The notes: a model not told the origin generated them from the sequence alone. DNA of 64,000 bases from Neptuniibacter sp. PT8_73 (GCF_047778045.1 NZ_CP180545.1:1649480-1713479), one strand, 5' to 3'. Shown: positions 50,670-62,344, numbered from the stretch's first letter. Numbers and translations: made by a program.

Positions 50670-51071
50670 TTAGGAACAGCTACCTTGGGTTGTCAGTACA
50701 ACAGAAGGTGTTGTGGTCTTAACACTCTGGAAGCTCATATCTGATTTATTAATGGTCAAGTTGGTTGTGTCCATACCACCCATAACTGGGTCTTTAGCTG
50801 TTCGACTTAACTTGATCTGTTCATCAGACTGTTCAACGCTAAAGCCTGCAACACCGTTTACAACAGCAGAGCCATTTTTGATTACGACAGAATAACTGCA
50901 GCGACCTTGCGGGCAGTTGCGTGTCTTCGGTGCTTTCATAAATGGAGCGGTGTAACTGGCATGTGTGTAGGAGCACGTATATTGCTTATCTTCGGCAACA
51001 GCAGTTAATGGCGTTGCGATACCTGCAGTCAAAGCAATACTCGCGACAAGTAGATTAATTTTGGTGTTCAT
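50670..51071 (-). CDS. small secreted Cys-containing hypothetical protein
   Basis: 133 aa, signal peptide 'MNTKINLLVASIALTAGIATPLTAVA', several Cys residues. Confidence 0.4.
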   Translation of the reverse strand: MNTKINLLVASIALTAGIATPLTAVAEDKQYTCSYTHASYTAPFMKAPKTRNCPQGRCSYSVVIKNGSAVVNGVAGFSVEQSDEQIKLSRTAKDPVMGGMDTTNLTINKSDMSFQSVKTTTPSVVLTTQGSCS

Positions 51072-51196
51072 AATCCTTCCCCGTAGTTTCCTTTAGTAAG
51101 TCTAGGGTAAATTTTCAATCCCTGAAAGCCTAAGTCTTAGTTTAACCCTGATAGCTTCCTGTTTTTTCAAATAAATTACCTAATTTATTGAAAAAA

Positions 51197-52810
51197 TTAA
51201 GGACTGTTAGTGCCTATTACTTCGAGTGATTCATCAACTAAGGCATACAACAGTAGCTCTCCACTATCATCTGTTTTGAACATGCCGTATTTTGCCGCTT
51301 CATATCTTTCCGCTGTACCTTCTTGGAAGAAAAAAGCATTGGTTGCAAATTGTACTCGGCTATTGCGAATACGGTATTGAAGAATAGCTTGGTTCGATGC
51401 GAGTTCTATATCCTTTTCTGAACGGGTTAAAAGCTGCAAAAAACTAGCCTTATGATTGTCATCTAACTTAACTAAAAGAAAGCCATCAGCAGGGACGTCC
51501 TTAAGTGAACGACTAAATGCTTTATTGGTGATTTGGAATCTAAGTCGCATGTAATCACCTTGCATCAAGGACCGAGGGTCTACAGGCGCAAGCTCTAATA
51601 AAACGGTTTTACCTTCAGCCAATAAGGTCTCTTTTTGGTAGATATTAATATTTACCGCTATTAGCAAGAGCAATGCAGTGAGTAATGCGCCCCATTTAGC
51701 TCGGTTCATTTGGGCAACATGGCTAAGGCCTATTTTCTTCTTTGGTAGATAGATCTTGCTCAGGAGAAGGTAACTGGCTAACGCAACCGTGCCTAAACCC
51801 ACTAAATAGATTGATTTAACCAGTAAGGTTTCCTGAAGGTTGTAGTAATACCAAGATACAAAACTAATTAATGCAACTAGACCCAAGCCGAGCAGGGCGC
51901 GTTGCTGTCTATGAAAGCCGACTAACAGTAACAAGAGTGCAGCAGGTAAACCGGCAATCGTAAATGAGGTTGCGGCCATGATAATAATTAGAGCTACATA
52001 GCCAGCAATGTTTTTACTGTCTTTTGTAACTTGTTGCTCTTTGAATATATAAGCTAGTAGAAATGCGAAAGTGGCTATTTGTGCAATCGAGCCTATCAGA
52101 GGGCCGTTAAGTTGCAGAAAGCCAACATCACTGATCTTGTAGAGAAATGAGAGTTCATTTTGTAACAGCGAATGACCACTAAACTGTAATAGCGAGATGG
52201 CCATACCGTAGCTGATAGGAATCAGAAACTTATGCCACTTTAGCCATTGCTGTTCTTTACACCAGATCAAGGTAAAAGCGAGGGCGGCTACAGCACTATC
52301 TAGCCCATGTATACCTTGGCGGTTTAAACCCCAGAATAGAGCGATCATGGCAAACCAACTCGAGATGACTCTATGTAGGAAGCTCGGCATTACAAGGGCT
52401 AGGACCGCTTGGTAGATCGCTAGCGCCAGAAAAACCGTAACTTCATTATCTCCCAGAAATTCAAATAAACCCCAGCCAAACATAAATTGGCCGCAAATAC
52501 TGATTGCTAAAGCTAATTGATTGTAGAAAGGGGACTCGCCACTGTGACGATAGATGGTATAGGCGCCAATGGAACATCCGAGTCCAGCGACCATCAGTAG
52601 AATATGGTTATCATAACGGAATAACCAACCGAATATACTGCCCACAAAGCCAAGCATAAACAAAGCTGCTAACCAGCCAGAGAAACCTTGCATCAGATGG
52701 ATAAACCAAGCTGATTGGCTGGGGTGCTCTTCTGGTTGATCCGCAGTGACTATCCCTTCGGTTTGTAGTTTCTGCCAAAGTGCTCGATCTGAATTAGTCA
52801 TCTTGAGCAC
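51197..52810 (-). CDS. membrane protein, DUF4401-like multi-transmembrane region fused to a GDYXXLXY domain
   Basis: 537 aa, about 10 transmembrane segments, then a soluble domain with the 'GDYMRLRF' motif of the GDYXXLXY family. Confidence 0.55.
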   Translation of the reverse strand: MLKMTNSDRALWQKLQTEGIVTADQPEEHPSQSAWFIHLMQGFSGWLAALFMLGFVGSIFGWLFRYDNHILLMVAGLGCSIGAYTIYRHSGESPFYNQLALAISICGQFMFGWGLFEFLGDNEVTVFLALAIYQAVLALVMPSFLHRVISSWFAMIALFWGLNRQGIHGLDSAVAALAFTLIWCKEQQWLKWHKFLIPISYGMAISLLQFSGHSLLQNELSFLYKISDVGFLQLNGPLIGSIAQIATFAFLLAYIFKEQQVTKDSKNIAGYVALIIIMAATSFTIAGLPAALLLLLVGFHRQQRALLGLGLVALISFVSWYYYNLQETLLVKSIYLVGLGTVALASYLLLSKIYLPKKKIGLSHVAQMNRAKWGALLTALLLLIAVNINIYQKETLLAEGKTVLLELAPVDPRSLMQGDYMRLRFQITNKAFSRSLKDVPADGFLLVKLDDNHKASFLQLLTRSEKDIELASNQAILQYRIRNSRVQFATNAFFFQEGTAERYEAAKYGMFKTDDSGELLLYALVDESLEVIGTNSP

Positions 52811-53795
52811 TCCTTTGCTGTTTTTGAACTTGGTATAGATTCTTTAGCCAAATTCCTGCCGCCGTGGACATGCCGATAATTGCCAAACTGATAACCAAAA
52901 ATGCACCGCCATCGAATGCATCGCCGAAGGTTTTAATCAGCAAGGAGCTTGCAGTGATAATAAGGCTGGTGGCTACACCGGAGAGAACAAATAGATCTAG
53001 TTGGCAGTGGCGATAGTAGTAGAAAGCGATAGATATCCAGATCAGATAGAAGAGTCCGCCCCAATGAAAATCATCAAAATCAAAGATGGACCACATTGCT
53101 AACCAAGTTGCCAGCGACCCTGTGAAGAAGAGGGTAATTTGAATAGCAAAGCGATTCTTAATAAAACACTGCTTAAATCTGTATCCGAACTCCAAAATCA
53201 AAATAAACGCGGTATTGATGGCTAAAAAGATACTGGTCAGATCTTCACTTCTAAACAAGAAGCCAAATAGTCCACGGAAGGTTTCGGAATAGAGGTAGAG
53301 TGCGAGATTGACCAAGGTGATAAAGATCATCCAGACCGTGCTTGCGCGATGAATAATAGCCCAGGGAAGAGTGAATATTGCCCAGATAGCAAAAAGCTGC
53401 CAAGGGTCGGCACTGGTTTGATATATTTGACCTACAAGAGCCAGTAGCGCTCCAGTTAATAAAGTAATCAGCGTGATACAGCTGATACCAGAAATGCTGT
53501 GATGGTCTAATCGTGAATAGACTATGCCTGCAAGCACAATAGTGCTTTGAAGTGTTGCAAACTTGGTGAAATTAGAAATAGATTGCCAGTTGAAGGCAAA
53601 AAAGAAAATTACGCCCGCAGCAAGTGCTACAGCACTAAGCCAGAGAAGTAACTTCGCTGTGAAAGCCAACCATTGATTGTTGCTTGGAGAGGCTTGGGTC
53701 AGCGCTAAAGCACGCTCTACATCGTCTGGTTTGATATGGCCTTGTTTGGCCCAATTCAGAATAGTATGTCGTTCTGGTGTTTGCCCTGAAAGCAT
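52794..53795 (-). CDS. DUF2157-like integral membrane protein
   Basis: 333 aa polytopic membrane protein. Overlaps the downstream GDYXXLXY gene by 17 nt, which fits the usual DUF2157/DUF4401/GDYXXLXY operon. Confidence 0.5.
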   Translation of the reverse strand: MLSGQTPERHTILNWAKQGHIKPDDVERALALTQASPSNNQWLAFTAKLLLWLSAVALAAGVIFFFAFNWQSISNFTKFATLQSTIVLAGIVYSRLDHHSISGISCITLITLLTGALLALVGQIYQTSADPWQLFAIWAIFTLPWAIIHRASTVWMIFITLVNLALYLYSETFRGLFGFLFRSEDLTSIFLAINTAFILILEFGYRFKQCFIKNRFAIQITLFFTGSLATWLAMWSIFDFDDFHWGGLFYLIWISIAFYYYRHCQLDLFVLSGVATSLIITASSLLIKTFGDAFDGGAFLVISLAIIGMSTAAGIWLKNLYQVQKQQRSAQDD

Positions 53796-53865
53796 AGTTT
53801 GGCATCCAGCCTTTGAAAAAGTGAGTGACTCGTATTATCTACTATCACTCACCTTTCTATGCCTG

Positions 53866-54120
53866 TCAAAAACCGCAGCCACCACTTGGACAGCCGCCAC
53901 CACTCATGCATGGAGGCGCTTCAGGGTTTTTGAGCGTCGAACTTTTAACAACTCCTGCGGTTGATAAAAGTTTTGTAACTTCCGAGTCTTCAGGGATCCC
54001 TTGTGGGTCTAGATTAGCGAGAATACATAGCTCACCCCAAGTCTTAGGGGTTAGAGCCATAGTGTGCTTCACTTCAACCACATCGCCTGTCGCTTCAATG
54101 CGATAATCGTATGTAGGCAT
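53866..54120 (-). CDS. small conserved hypothetical protein (FmdB-like N-terminus, Cys/Gly-rich C-terminus)
   Basis: 84 aa, 'MPTYDYR...' then 'CMSGGGCPSGGCGF'. Lies 2 nt downstream of the MazG-like gene. Confidence 0.4.
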   Translation of the reverse strand: MPTYDYRIEATGDVVEVKHTMALTPKTWGELCILANLDPQGIPEDSEVTKLLSTAGVVKSSTLKNPEAPPCMSGGGCPSGGCGF

Positions 54121-54122
54121 AA

Positions 54123-54593
54123 TTAGTCCAGTTTAGGTTCATGCCAGTTGATAGATTTTAGGAATTTGTGAGCTGGGTAGAATTTACCGTCGCTGCCTTC
54201 CTGATCCTTGGAGGATTTGATGTAGGCTTCAGGTAGTTCACCGCCTACGTATACATCCAGTTGCTTTTCATTCTGGTAAAAAGCCAATGTTTGGTCAACT
54301 TCGTCCTGCGTCTTACACAGCTTAGATAGGTTGCTTGCTTGAACAGCAGCCATATCTTTGTCGGCATCAATACCCATGATGTGGGCCATACCGTAAGTCA
54401 CAACAAGGATATCTGCTACAGCATCACGAATTTCAGAGGTATCTTTGTTTTCGAGTCCTTCAACTAATTCAGCTAGCTCTTCTTTGATTAGGTGTAATTG
54501 CTTGCCAGCTTTTTCCCAATTTGGGTTCTCAAGGTTGCCTTGTTCATTACCAAATACGGTGTTTAGGTAAGAAACGTCAGTAAAGTTGCTCAT
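54123..54593 (-). CDS. MazG-like nucleotide pyrophosphohydrolase domain protein
   Basis: 'LIKEELAELVEGLE...IRDAVADILVVTYGMAHIMGID' resembles the EExxE/D-containing helices of the MazG/NTP-PPase family. Confidence 0.4.
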   Translation of the reverse strand: MSNFTDVSYLNTVFGNEQGNLENPNWEKAGKQLHLIKEELAELVEGLENKDTSEIRDAVADILVVTYGMAHIMGIDADKDMAAVQASNLSKLCKTQDEVDQTLAFYQNEKQLDVYVGGELPEAYIKSSKDQEGSDGKFYPAHKFLKSINWHEPKLD

Positions 54594-54620
54594 TGTTGCT
54601 CCAAAAGGAATTCAGTTGTC

Positions 54621-56267
54621 TTAGTTTGCTTGTTGGGCAAACTGATAAATTTTGTCGATGACAGCACGCAGTCCGTTACCACGTGATGGGCTTAGATGAC
54701 GATCAAGTTCTAGTTGCTTAAACAAACCGTCGAGATCAAAAGCACAGATCTGATCCGCTGTTTTATGGTTGAAAGCGGTTTCAACCAATACCAGTAATCC
54801 ACGAATAATACGGGCATCTGAGTCAGTAGCAAAGGTTAACGTGTCGTTGGGCTCTTTATTAATGACCAGCCAAGTATTACTTTCACAGCCTTTAACGAGG
54901 TGTTCGTCTGTCTTTAACTGTTGGGGAAGGCCTTTAGCAGATTTCCCAAGCAGCATTATTTCTCTGTAGCGAGCATTCCAGCCTGAGATACCTTTAAGCT
55001 TATCGATCAAGGATTCTGGCGATGAGTTTGATTCAACAGCCACAGCCGTAGGGCGAGTAATCGAATCCAGTGTCTGAATGAAATGGTTCACTTCCGCTTC
55101 AGTATTATAAAAAGCGAAAGATGCTCGTGTCGTACCCGGTAAGCCCAGCCTTTGCATTAGAGGCATTGCGCAGTGATGGCCTGTACGTACAGCAATACCT
55201 TGTTGATCTAAGAGCAAACCAATATCTTGCTGATGTTGATCGATCAGTGTGAAAGATACCAAGCTGACACATTCAGATGCTGAGCCAATACGATTAAACC
55301 CTTTGATTTGAGAGCAGCCATCGATAGCTGTTTTAAGCAAATGTTGTTCGTGTTGTTCCAGCAATGATCGATCAAAACCAGATAACCAGTTCAGCGCGGT
55401 TGCTAAACCGATGGTGGCACTGATATTCGGTGTGCCTGCTTCAAACTTGAAAGGCAGATCGTTATAAGTCGTTTGATCAAAACTCACGTGTTTGATCATC
55501 TCTCCCCCGCCTTGCCAAGGGGGCATAGCAGATAAAAGATCTTCTTTGCCGTATAAAACACCAATACCTGTTGGAGCAAAAATCTTATGCCCCGAGAACA
55601 GGTAAAAATCTGCATCGAGATCTTGAAGGTCAACCTGAAGGTGAGGTAAAGCTTGGGCGCCATCGATAAGCACTAGCGCGCCAGCCTGATGAGCTAATTC
55701 TACAATGCGTTTTACGGGATTGATTGTGCCCAGCGCATTGGATGCATGAGTTACCGCAACTAAGCGGGTTTTATTGGAAAGTAATTTTTCAAATTGCTCT
55801 AGATCTAACTCTCCATTGTCTAAGAGCGGAATGATTTTTAGAGCAACGCTATTTCGCTGAGCAAGCATCTGCCAAGGAACGATATTAGCGTGATGTTCAA
55901 GTGTACTTAAGATGATCTCGTCGCCAGCTTTTAACTGCTGCCCCCAGCTGTTGGCAACTAGGTTGATCCCTTCAGTTGTACCCCGTGTCCAGATGATCTC
56001 TTTTTCACTACGGGCATTCAGATAGCGAGCAACGGTGCTGCGAGCAGACTCAAAAAGCAGTGTCGCATCCGCACTAAGCGCATGACTTGCGCGGTGAACA
56101 TTAGCGTTGCTCTGCTGATAATAATCAGAGACAGAATCTATGACACATTGCGGCTTTTGAGTTGTGGCGGCATTGTCTAAATAGATTAAAGAGTTTCCAT
56201 TAACTGTTTGATCTAAAATGGGAAACTGCTTTCTTATGCCCTGTAATAAAGTCTTAGGATCTCGCAT
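54621..56267 (-). CDS. cysteine desulfurase (class V aminotransferase, CsdA/SufS-like) fused to a SufE/CsdE-like sulfur-acceptor domain
   Basis: PLP-lysine region 'FSGHKIFAPTGIGVLYG', catalytic Cys 'GHHCAMPL'. C-terminal roughly 140 aa carry the SufE motif 'VKGCESNTWLV'. Confidence 0.75.
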   Translation of the reverse strand: MRDPKTLLQGIRKQFPILDQTVNGNSLIYLDNAATTQKPQCVIDSVSDYYQQSNANVHRASHALSADATLLFESARSTVARYLNARSEKEIIWTRGTTEGINLVANSWGQQLKAGDEIILSTLEHHANIVPWQMLAQRNSVALKIIPLLDNGELDLEQFEKLLSNKTRLVAVTHASNALGTINPVKRIVELAHQAGALVLIDGAQALPHLQVDLQDLDADFYLFSGHKIFAPTGIGVLYGKEDLLSAMPPWQGGGEMIKHVSFDQTTYNDLPFKFEAGTPNISATIGLATALNWLSGFDRSLLEQHEQHLLKTAIDGCSQIKGFNRIGSASECVSLVSFTLIDQHQQDIGLLLDQQGIAVRTGHHCAMPLMQRLGLPGTTRASFAFYNTEAEVNHFIQTLDSITRPTAVAVESNSSPESLIDKLKGISGWNARYREIMLLGKSAKGLPQQLKTDEHLVKGCESNTWLVINKEPNDTLTFATDSDARIIRGLLVLVETAFNHKTADQICAFDLDGLFKQLELDRHLSPSRGNGLRAVIDKIYQFAQQAN

Positions 56268-56275
56268 GCTTTGGC

Positions 56276-56716
56276 TTAGCTATCCTTAGATGCTTCATCT
56301 TTATCTGCAGCTTGTTCAGCCCAGTGAGCCAGCTGTTTGTTATAGCGCGCACGCCAGCGTGTATACATCATAGCGCTGGTGAAAAGCGTACCTACAAGTA
56401 AGGAATAGCCAATGCCATAGATAGCTGTATTTGGATTAGTCGCAGCTAATACCGCCTGCATAAACAGCAGCAGAAGTACGAAGCAAAGCCATGCGTGTCC
56501 ACGAGGATTACCTTTAATAATCACCCCTGCAAATGCTAGCAGTGGAGCCATATGAATAAGCCAAATAACCCAAGGTTTTCCGGTTGGAACAGGAATAAGG
56601 AAAAGGTGCCAAAGCGTAAACCAACCAAGCAAACCTAGGTAGCTTCCTACACAAAGGATACGCCCTAATTTAGCTTTGCTTTGATAATCGTGATCATCAG
56701 GAATATATGCTTTCAA
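56276..56716 (-). CDS. DUF2069-like small membrane protein
   Basis: 146 aa, four predicted transmembrane helices. Confidence 0.45.
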   Translation of the reverse strand: MKAYIPDDHDYQSKAKLGRILCVGSYLGLLGWFTLWHLFLIPVPTGKPWVIWLIHMAPLLAFAGVIIKGNPRGHAWLCFVLLLLFMQAVLAATNPNTAIYGIGYSLLVGTLFTSAMMYTRWRARYNKQLAHWAEQAADKDEASKDS

Positions 56717-56753
56717 CTGCTTGTACTCTCGTGGTTTTACTAGGCGTTTAAAA

Positions 56754-57708
<955 letters not shown>

Positions 57709-57839
57709 TGTGCTATACCGTACTAAGGGATCAAGGTGAAATGATCCGTTCATTGTGTTGGATTATGCGATATTGTATACGCCTGTGTTGCAGATTTCAT
57801 GAAGGAACTGCATTTTAGGCCAGTGCTTAGCTGATTATT

Positions 57840-59105
57840 ATGAGGATGGAAATGGCTTCGCTGTTAAATCACCGCGTTACACTGTTTATTCGTTATCTAT
57901 TTCGACAGTTTCTGCAGAACCAAGGGATTCTTAATGCGGCGGCATTAACTTATACCACGCTGTTTGCTGTAGTCCCATTGATGACTGTGTCTTACGCGAT
58001 GTTGGCGGCAGTTCCGTCTTTTCAAGGAGTGGGACAGGAACTACAAGGATGGGTATTTGATAATTTCGTGCCTGCCACCGGCGCCGTAGTACAGGATTAC
58101 CTCAACGATTTCTCTTCTCAAGCACGTAAATTAACCGCAGTAGGTATCGCACTGCTGGCCATCACATCGATTATGATGATGAAAAATATAGAGGCTGCAT
58201 TTAACCGTATCTGGCGAGTTAATGAGCCTCGTAAAGGACTATCAAGCTTTCTGCTTTATTGGGCTATTTTGAGCCTCGGGCCAATTTTGATCGGTTTAGG
58301 CTTGGTTTTAACTTCTTATATCGCAAGTTTACCGTTTATCAGTGAGGCGACAGAAGCGGTGGGTCGTGCGCGCTTATTGTCAGCATTACCTACAATCTTG
58401 TCAGCTACCGCTTTTACTTTGATGTATGTCGCTGTGCCAAACTGCCCAGTACCCTTTAAAAGTGCGCTATTAGGCGGTATCGGCGTAGCTCTGTTATTCG
58501 AAACGGCAAAAAGAGGTTTCACCGCGTTTGTTACCCAGTTCCCATCGTACGAGTTGATCTACGGTGCTTTCGCAGCCGTACCTTTATTTTTACTTTGGAT
58601 CTTTATCAGTTGGGTCATTATTTTGATGGGGGCAGAGCTAACGCGCTGTATTACCGTTTATCGGCCTACTGAGCGGGCTAATGATCTTCCACATCTCTAT
58701 TCGGTTGTGGCGGTGTTACATCGTTTATGGAAGGCGCAACAGCAGGGAGAATCAATCTCGGATCACAAGCTTCTACAAGAGGTGGATGCTTTGGATCAGG
58801 GGCGTTGGGATAGCTATCTAAAGATTCTGTTGGAAGGAGGCATTGTTAAGCGCAGTGATCAAGGTGAATACCTATTAAGCCGTGATCTAGGCAGCTTAAC
58901 GTTATATCAACTTAACCAACTACTTCCTTGGCCTACACCTTTACCGGTAACTACTAGCAGCTTAGTGGAGTGGGAGAGAGTACTTAACGAAAAACTTGTG
59001 AAAACTTCAGAACAGGAGCAGCAGGCTTTTTCTCTGACTTTAGAATCATTGTTTTCTGACAAAGATGAAAACAGTATTAGCACTACAAAACAAATAAACG
59101 GTTAA
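57840..59105 (+). CDS. YihY/BrkB-family membrane protein
   Basis: Six transmembrane segments with YihY-family conserved regions, plus a C-terminal soluble extension. Confidence 0.7.
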   Translation: MRMEMASLLNHRVTLFIRYLFRQFLQNQGILNAAALTYTTLFAVVPLMTVSYAMLAAVPSFQGVGQELQGWVFDNFVPATGAVVQDYLNDFSSQARKLTAVGIALLAITSIMMMKNIEAAFNRIWRVNEPRKGLSSFLLYWAILSLGPILIGLGLVLTSYIASLPFISEATEAVGRARLLSALPTILSATAFTLMYVAVPNCPVPFKSALLGGIGVALLFETAKRGFTAFVTQFPSYELIYGAFAAVPLFLLWIFISWVIILMGAELTRCITVYRPTERANDLPHLYSVVAVLHRLWKAQQQGESISDHKLLQEVDALDQGRWDSYLKILLEGGIVKRSDQGEYLLSRDLGSLTLYQLNQLLPWPTPLPVTTSSLVEWERVLNEKLVKTSEQEQQAFSLTLESLFSDKDENSISTTKQING

Positions 59106-59117
59106 ATTTTTAGGTTT

Positions 59118-59399
59118 TTGAAAGTGGCAGATTTATCTATTCATGCATTTGTCAGTGGCCGAGTCCAAGGTGTTTGGTTTAGACAATCAACTAAAGAAAA
59201 GGCGCTATCTTTAGGTGTCCAGGGTTGGGTTAGAAACTTAAATGATGGACGGGTCGAACTCATGGCAACGGGTGAAGAGCAGGCTGTGCTTCAGCTCGAA
59301 GCTTGGCTTAGCCAAGGGCCTGAGCTTGCGAATGTCGCTGAAGTTATTAGTGAAAGAGTTGATAACATTGATGCGCCTCAAACCTTCGAAGTGCGTTAA
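59118..59399 (+). CDS. acyP: acylphosphatase
   Basis: 'VSGRVQGVWFRQSTKEKA...GWVRNLNDGRVE' acylphosphatase signature. Confidence 0.75.
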   Translation: MKVADLSIHAFVSGRVQGVWFRQSTKEKALSLGVQGWVRNLNDGRVELMATGEEQAVLQLEAWLSQGPELANVAEVISERVDNIDAPQTFEVR

Positions 59400-59432
59400 T
59401 CGACTACACTGCAATTGATGTCTTAACAGTCT

Positions 59433-60476
59433 TTGGAGTGGACTATGTTTGCCAAATTAAAATCTATCTTTGGCTTTAGTACGGACAGCTCAGCGAATAA
59501 GAGCAAACAGGATTCAGCAATTGCAGTGGAAGGCCCTCAAGTAGCTGAAACAGCAGAATCAGACGCTTCCCCGCAATCAGTAGAGCATTCACGTGAATTA
59601 ACTCTCTCATTTATAAGTAACTTATTGGGTGTGCGCGCTGTTGCGACAGAGGCAACACTCAAGCAGGAAGAGCTGCTGCGCGCTGCGCTAGATGAAGAGA
59701 TGGTCGGCTTAAGCGAAGAGTCGATACCTAAGCTATCCAAAAACGCGCTTTCGTTGATGAGTGACCTGGTTGATCCTGATACACCTCAATCAAAAATTGT
59801 AGTGGCTATCAAAGAAGACCCAGCGCTTGCTGGTAAAGTTATCTCCATTGCCAATTCACCAATGTTTATTGGTTCCGGCATGGAGATTAAAGATTTGGAG
59901 CATGCGCTAAGCATGTTGGGCCAGCAACGATTAAAAGATGTTGTTCTATCCTCGTTGGTGGCTGATAAATTTGAGATAGATAGTTTTTACTTCGAAGCGT
60001 TTGGAAAGGCACTGTGGGGGCACTCTTCAGAAGTGGCAAACAATGCTAAAAAGATCTCTGAAGCGCTTGGTGGAAATCCAAATCTCGCTTACTTTGTTGG
60101 CCTAGTTCACGATGTTGGTAAGCTGATTATCTTTAAAAAGCTTATTCAGCTACATGCCGATGAAAAACAGGAGCCTCATCCGCAAGTTTTCAGTAACTTG
60201 TTAGGTGATTATTCTCATGCACTGACCAGACGTGCTTGTGAAGTGTGGGAGCTTCCAGAAACTTGGTATAAGCCTATTCTCGAATTTCAGATGGAAACCC
60301 AAGGTGATTTCCGTCAGCCTGAATCGGTAGCGTTGTTCTTGGCTAATGCGTACGCAGAATTGCATGCCTTATTTTGTGAAGGCGAAATCACTGAGTTTGA
60401 GTTGGTTTGGCGTCTACAGCAGGCAGGTTCGACCCTTGAGGATTACAGGCAGCTGTATCCAGCTGAAGAGGGTTAA
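59433..60476 (+). CDS. HDOD-domain signalling protein
   Basis: HDOD-like region ('LVHDVGKLIIFK...'). No attached output domain. Confidence 0.6.
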   Translation: MEWTMFAKLKSIFGFSTDSSANKSKQDSAIAVEGPQVAETAESDASPQSVEHSRELTLSFISNLLGVRAVATEATLKQEELLRAALDEEMVGLSEESIPKLSKNALSLMSDLVDPDTPQSKIVVAIKEDPALAGKVISIANSPMFIGSGMEIKDLEHALSMLGQQRLKDVVLSSLVADKFEIDSFYFEAFGKALWGHSSEVANNAKKISEALGGNPNLAYFVGLVHDVGKLIIFKKLIQLHADEKQEPHPQVFSNLLGDYSHALTRRACEVWELPETWYKPILEFQMETQGDFRQPESVALFLANAYAELHALFCEGEITEFELVWRLQQAGSTLEDYRQLYPAEEG

Positions 60477-60486
60477 AAAACATAAA

Positions 60487-60517
60487 TAAAAAAACGGGCG
60501 TAAAGCCCGTTTTTTTA
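60487..60517. terminator. bidirectional rho-independent terminator (HDOD gene / proS)
   Basis: aaaaaaacgggc-gtaaa-gcccgttttttt. Confidence 0.75.
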
Positions 60518-60541
60518 TGAAGTTCTAATCTGAAGTAAAGC

Positions 60542-62266
60542 TTACAGATTAATACGCTCAGCTAGTAGCGGTAGTACACCGTCTACTGCAACGTCTTGTT
60601 TCTCGTCGTCGCGACGGCCTTTGTATTCCAAAGTACCCGCTTCGATACCTCGAGGGGAGATAACAACGCGGTGTGGGATACCCATAAGGTCAGAGTCAGC
60701 AAACTTAACGCCAGGGCTAGTCTTCTTATCACGGTCATCCATGATTACATCGTAACCTGCCTGCTGTAGTTCATTGTACAGCTTGTCAGTTAGCTCGCGT
60801 ACTTCATCAGACTTATCGTATTGAAGCGGAATTAGTGCAACGTGGAATGGAGCGATCGCTTCTGGCCAGATAATACCGCCGTCATCGTGGTTTTGCTCAA
60901 TCGCAGCTGCAATTACGCGGGTAACACCGATACCGTAACAGCCCATATCCATTACTACAGACTTACCATTTTGATCCAATACTTCCGCACTTAGGGCTTT
61001 AGAGTATTTCTGACCAAGCTGGAAGATATGACCCACTTCGATACCGCGTTTGATTTCGATAGTGCCTTCACCACATGGGCTCGGATCACCTTCAACAACG
61101 TTACGAAGATCTGCGACTTCTGGTAGATCAACATCACGATTCCAGTTGATACCAAATAGATGCTTACCGTCGATGTTAGCGCCAGCACTGAAGTCAGATG
61201 TTTTAGCAACCGTACGGTCAACAATCACTGGGATGTTTAAGCCAACAGGGCCAAGGGAACCAGGGCCTGCACCGATTAGATCACGGATCTGCTCTTCTGT
61301 AGCAAATTCTAGTGGCTCAGCAACTTGTGCAAGTTTCTCTGCCTTGATTTCGTTTAACTCGTGATCACCACGAACCAATAGAGCAACAAAATCTGCTTCG
61401 CACTCTTCAGATGCTGCAACGATCAACGTTTTAACTGTTTTCTCAATTGGTTGATCAAACTGTTCAACCAATTCATCAATTGTTTTCGCATTTGGCGTAT
61501 CTACTGTCGTCATCTCAACAGATGGCGCTGCTAGATCGCCTTCAGGAGATAGTGCTTCAGCTAATTCTACGTTTGCTGCGTAATCGCTAACATTAGAGAA
61601 TGCGATGTCATCTTCACCAGAGTCAGCAAGTACGTGGAACTCGTGAGAAGTAGCACCACCGATTGAACCTGTGTCCGCAAGTACAGGACGGAAATCCAAG
61701 CCTAGGCGGTTAAAGATGTTGGTGTAAGTTTGGTGCATTACATCGTAAGTCTGTTGAAGAGATTCCTGACCTACGTGGAAAGAGTATGCGTCTTTCATGA
61801 TAAATTCACGGGAGCGCATTACGCCAAAGCGAGGGCGAATTTCGTCACGGAATTTCGTTTGGATCTGGTAAAAGTTTGCAGGAAGCTGCTTGTAGCTTTT
61901 GATCTCACGACGGATAAGGTCAGTGATTACCTCTTCGTGCGTAGGACCTACACAGAATTCACGGTTGTGACGATCATTAACGCGCAGTAGCTCAGGACCG
62001 TAAAGCTCCCAACGGCCAGACTCTTCCCAAAGCTCAGCAGGCTGAATTGCTGGCATTAGAACTTCCATCGCACCGGATTTGTCCATCTCTTCACGAACGA
62101 TACGCTCAACTTTGCGAAGCGTGCGAAGGCCAAGCGGCAACCAGTTATAAAGACCTGAAGCAACTTTACGAATAAGGCCTGCTCGAAGCATCAACTGGTG
62201 GCTGATGACTTCTGCATCGGATGGCGTTTCCTTAACGGTGGATATGAGATACTGGCTAGTGCGCAT
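60542..62266 (-). CDS. proS: proline--tRNA ligase
   Basis: '[30 protein letters not shown]' matches the E. coli ProS N-terminus. Class II motifs and editing domain. The track start 62278 is an upstream TTG. Confidence 0.9.
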   Translation of the reverse strand: MRTSQYLISTVKETPSDAEVISHQLMLRAGLIRKVASGLYNWLPLGLRTLRKVERIVREEMDKSGAMEVLMPAIQPAELWEESGRWELYGPELLRVNDRHNREFCVGPTHEEVITDLIRREIKSYKQLPANFYQIQTKFRDEIRPRFGVMRSREFIMKDAYSFHVGQESLQQTYDVMHQTYTNIFNRLGLDFRPVLADTGSIGGATSHEFHVLADSGEDDIAFSNVSDYAANVELAEALSPEGDLAAPSVEMTTVDTPNAKTIDELVEQFDQPIEKTVKTLIVAASEECEADFVALLVRGDHELNEIKAEKLAQVAEPLEFATEEQIRDLIGAGPGSLGPVGLNIPVIVDRTVAKTSDFSAGANIDGKHLFGINWNRDVDLPEVADLRNVVEGDPSPCGEGTIEIKRGIEVGHIFQLGQKYSKALSAEVLDQNGKSVVMDMGCYGIGVTRVIAAAIEQNHDDGGIIWPEAIAPFHVALIPLQYDKSDEVRELTDKLYNELQQAGYDVIMDDRDKKTSPGVKFADSDLMGIPHRVVISPRGIEAGTLEYKGRRDDEKQDVAVDGVLPLLAERINL

Positions 62267-62344
62267 ACTTTTACTCAATCAATTTTAAATTCGTTTCAAA
62301 TCGCCACATTGTAGGTGGCTGCAGTGGTGCTGCCAAGGAAAAAA

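Noticed and set aside
53677-54106. ORFs 53677-53964 and 53825-54106 (+) overlapping the DUF2157 and small Cys/Gly-rich genes.
   Set aside because: They are antisense overlaps of better-supported minus-strand genes, with no RBS.
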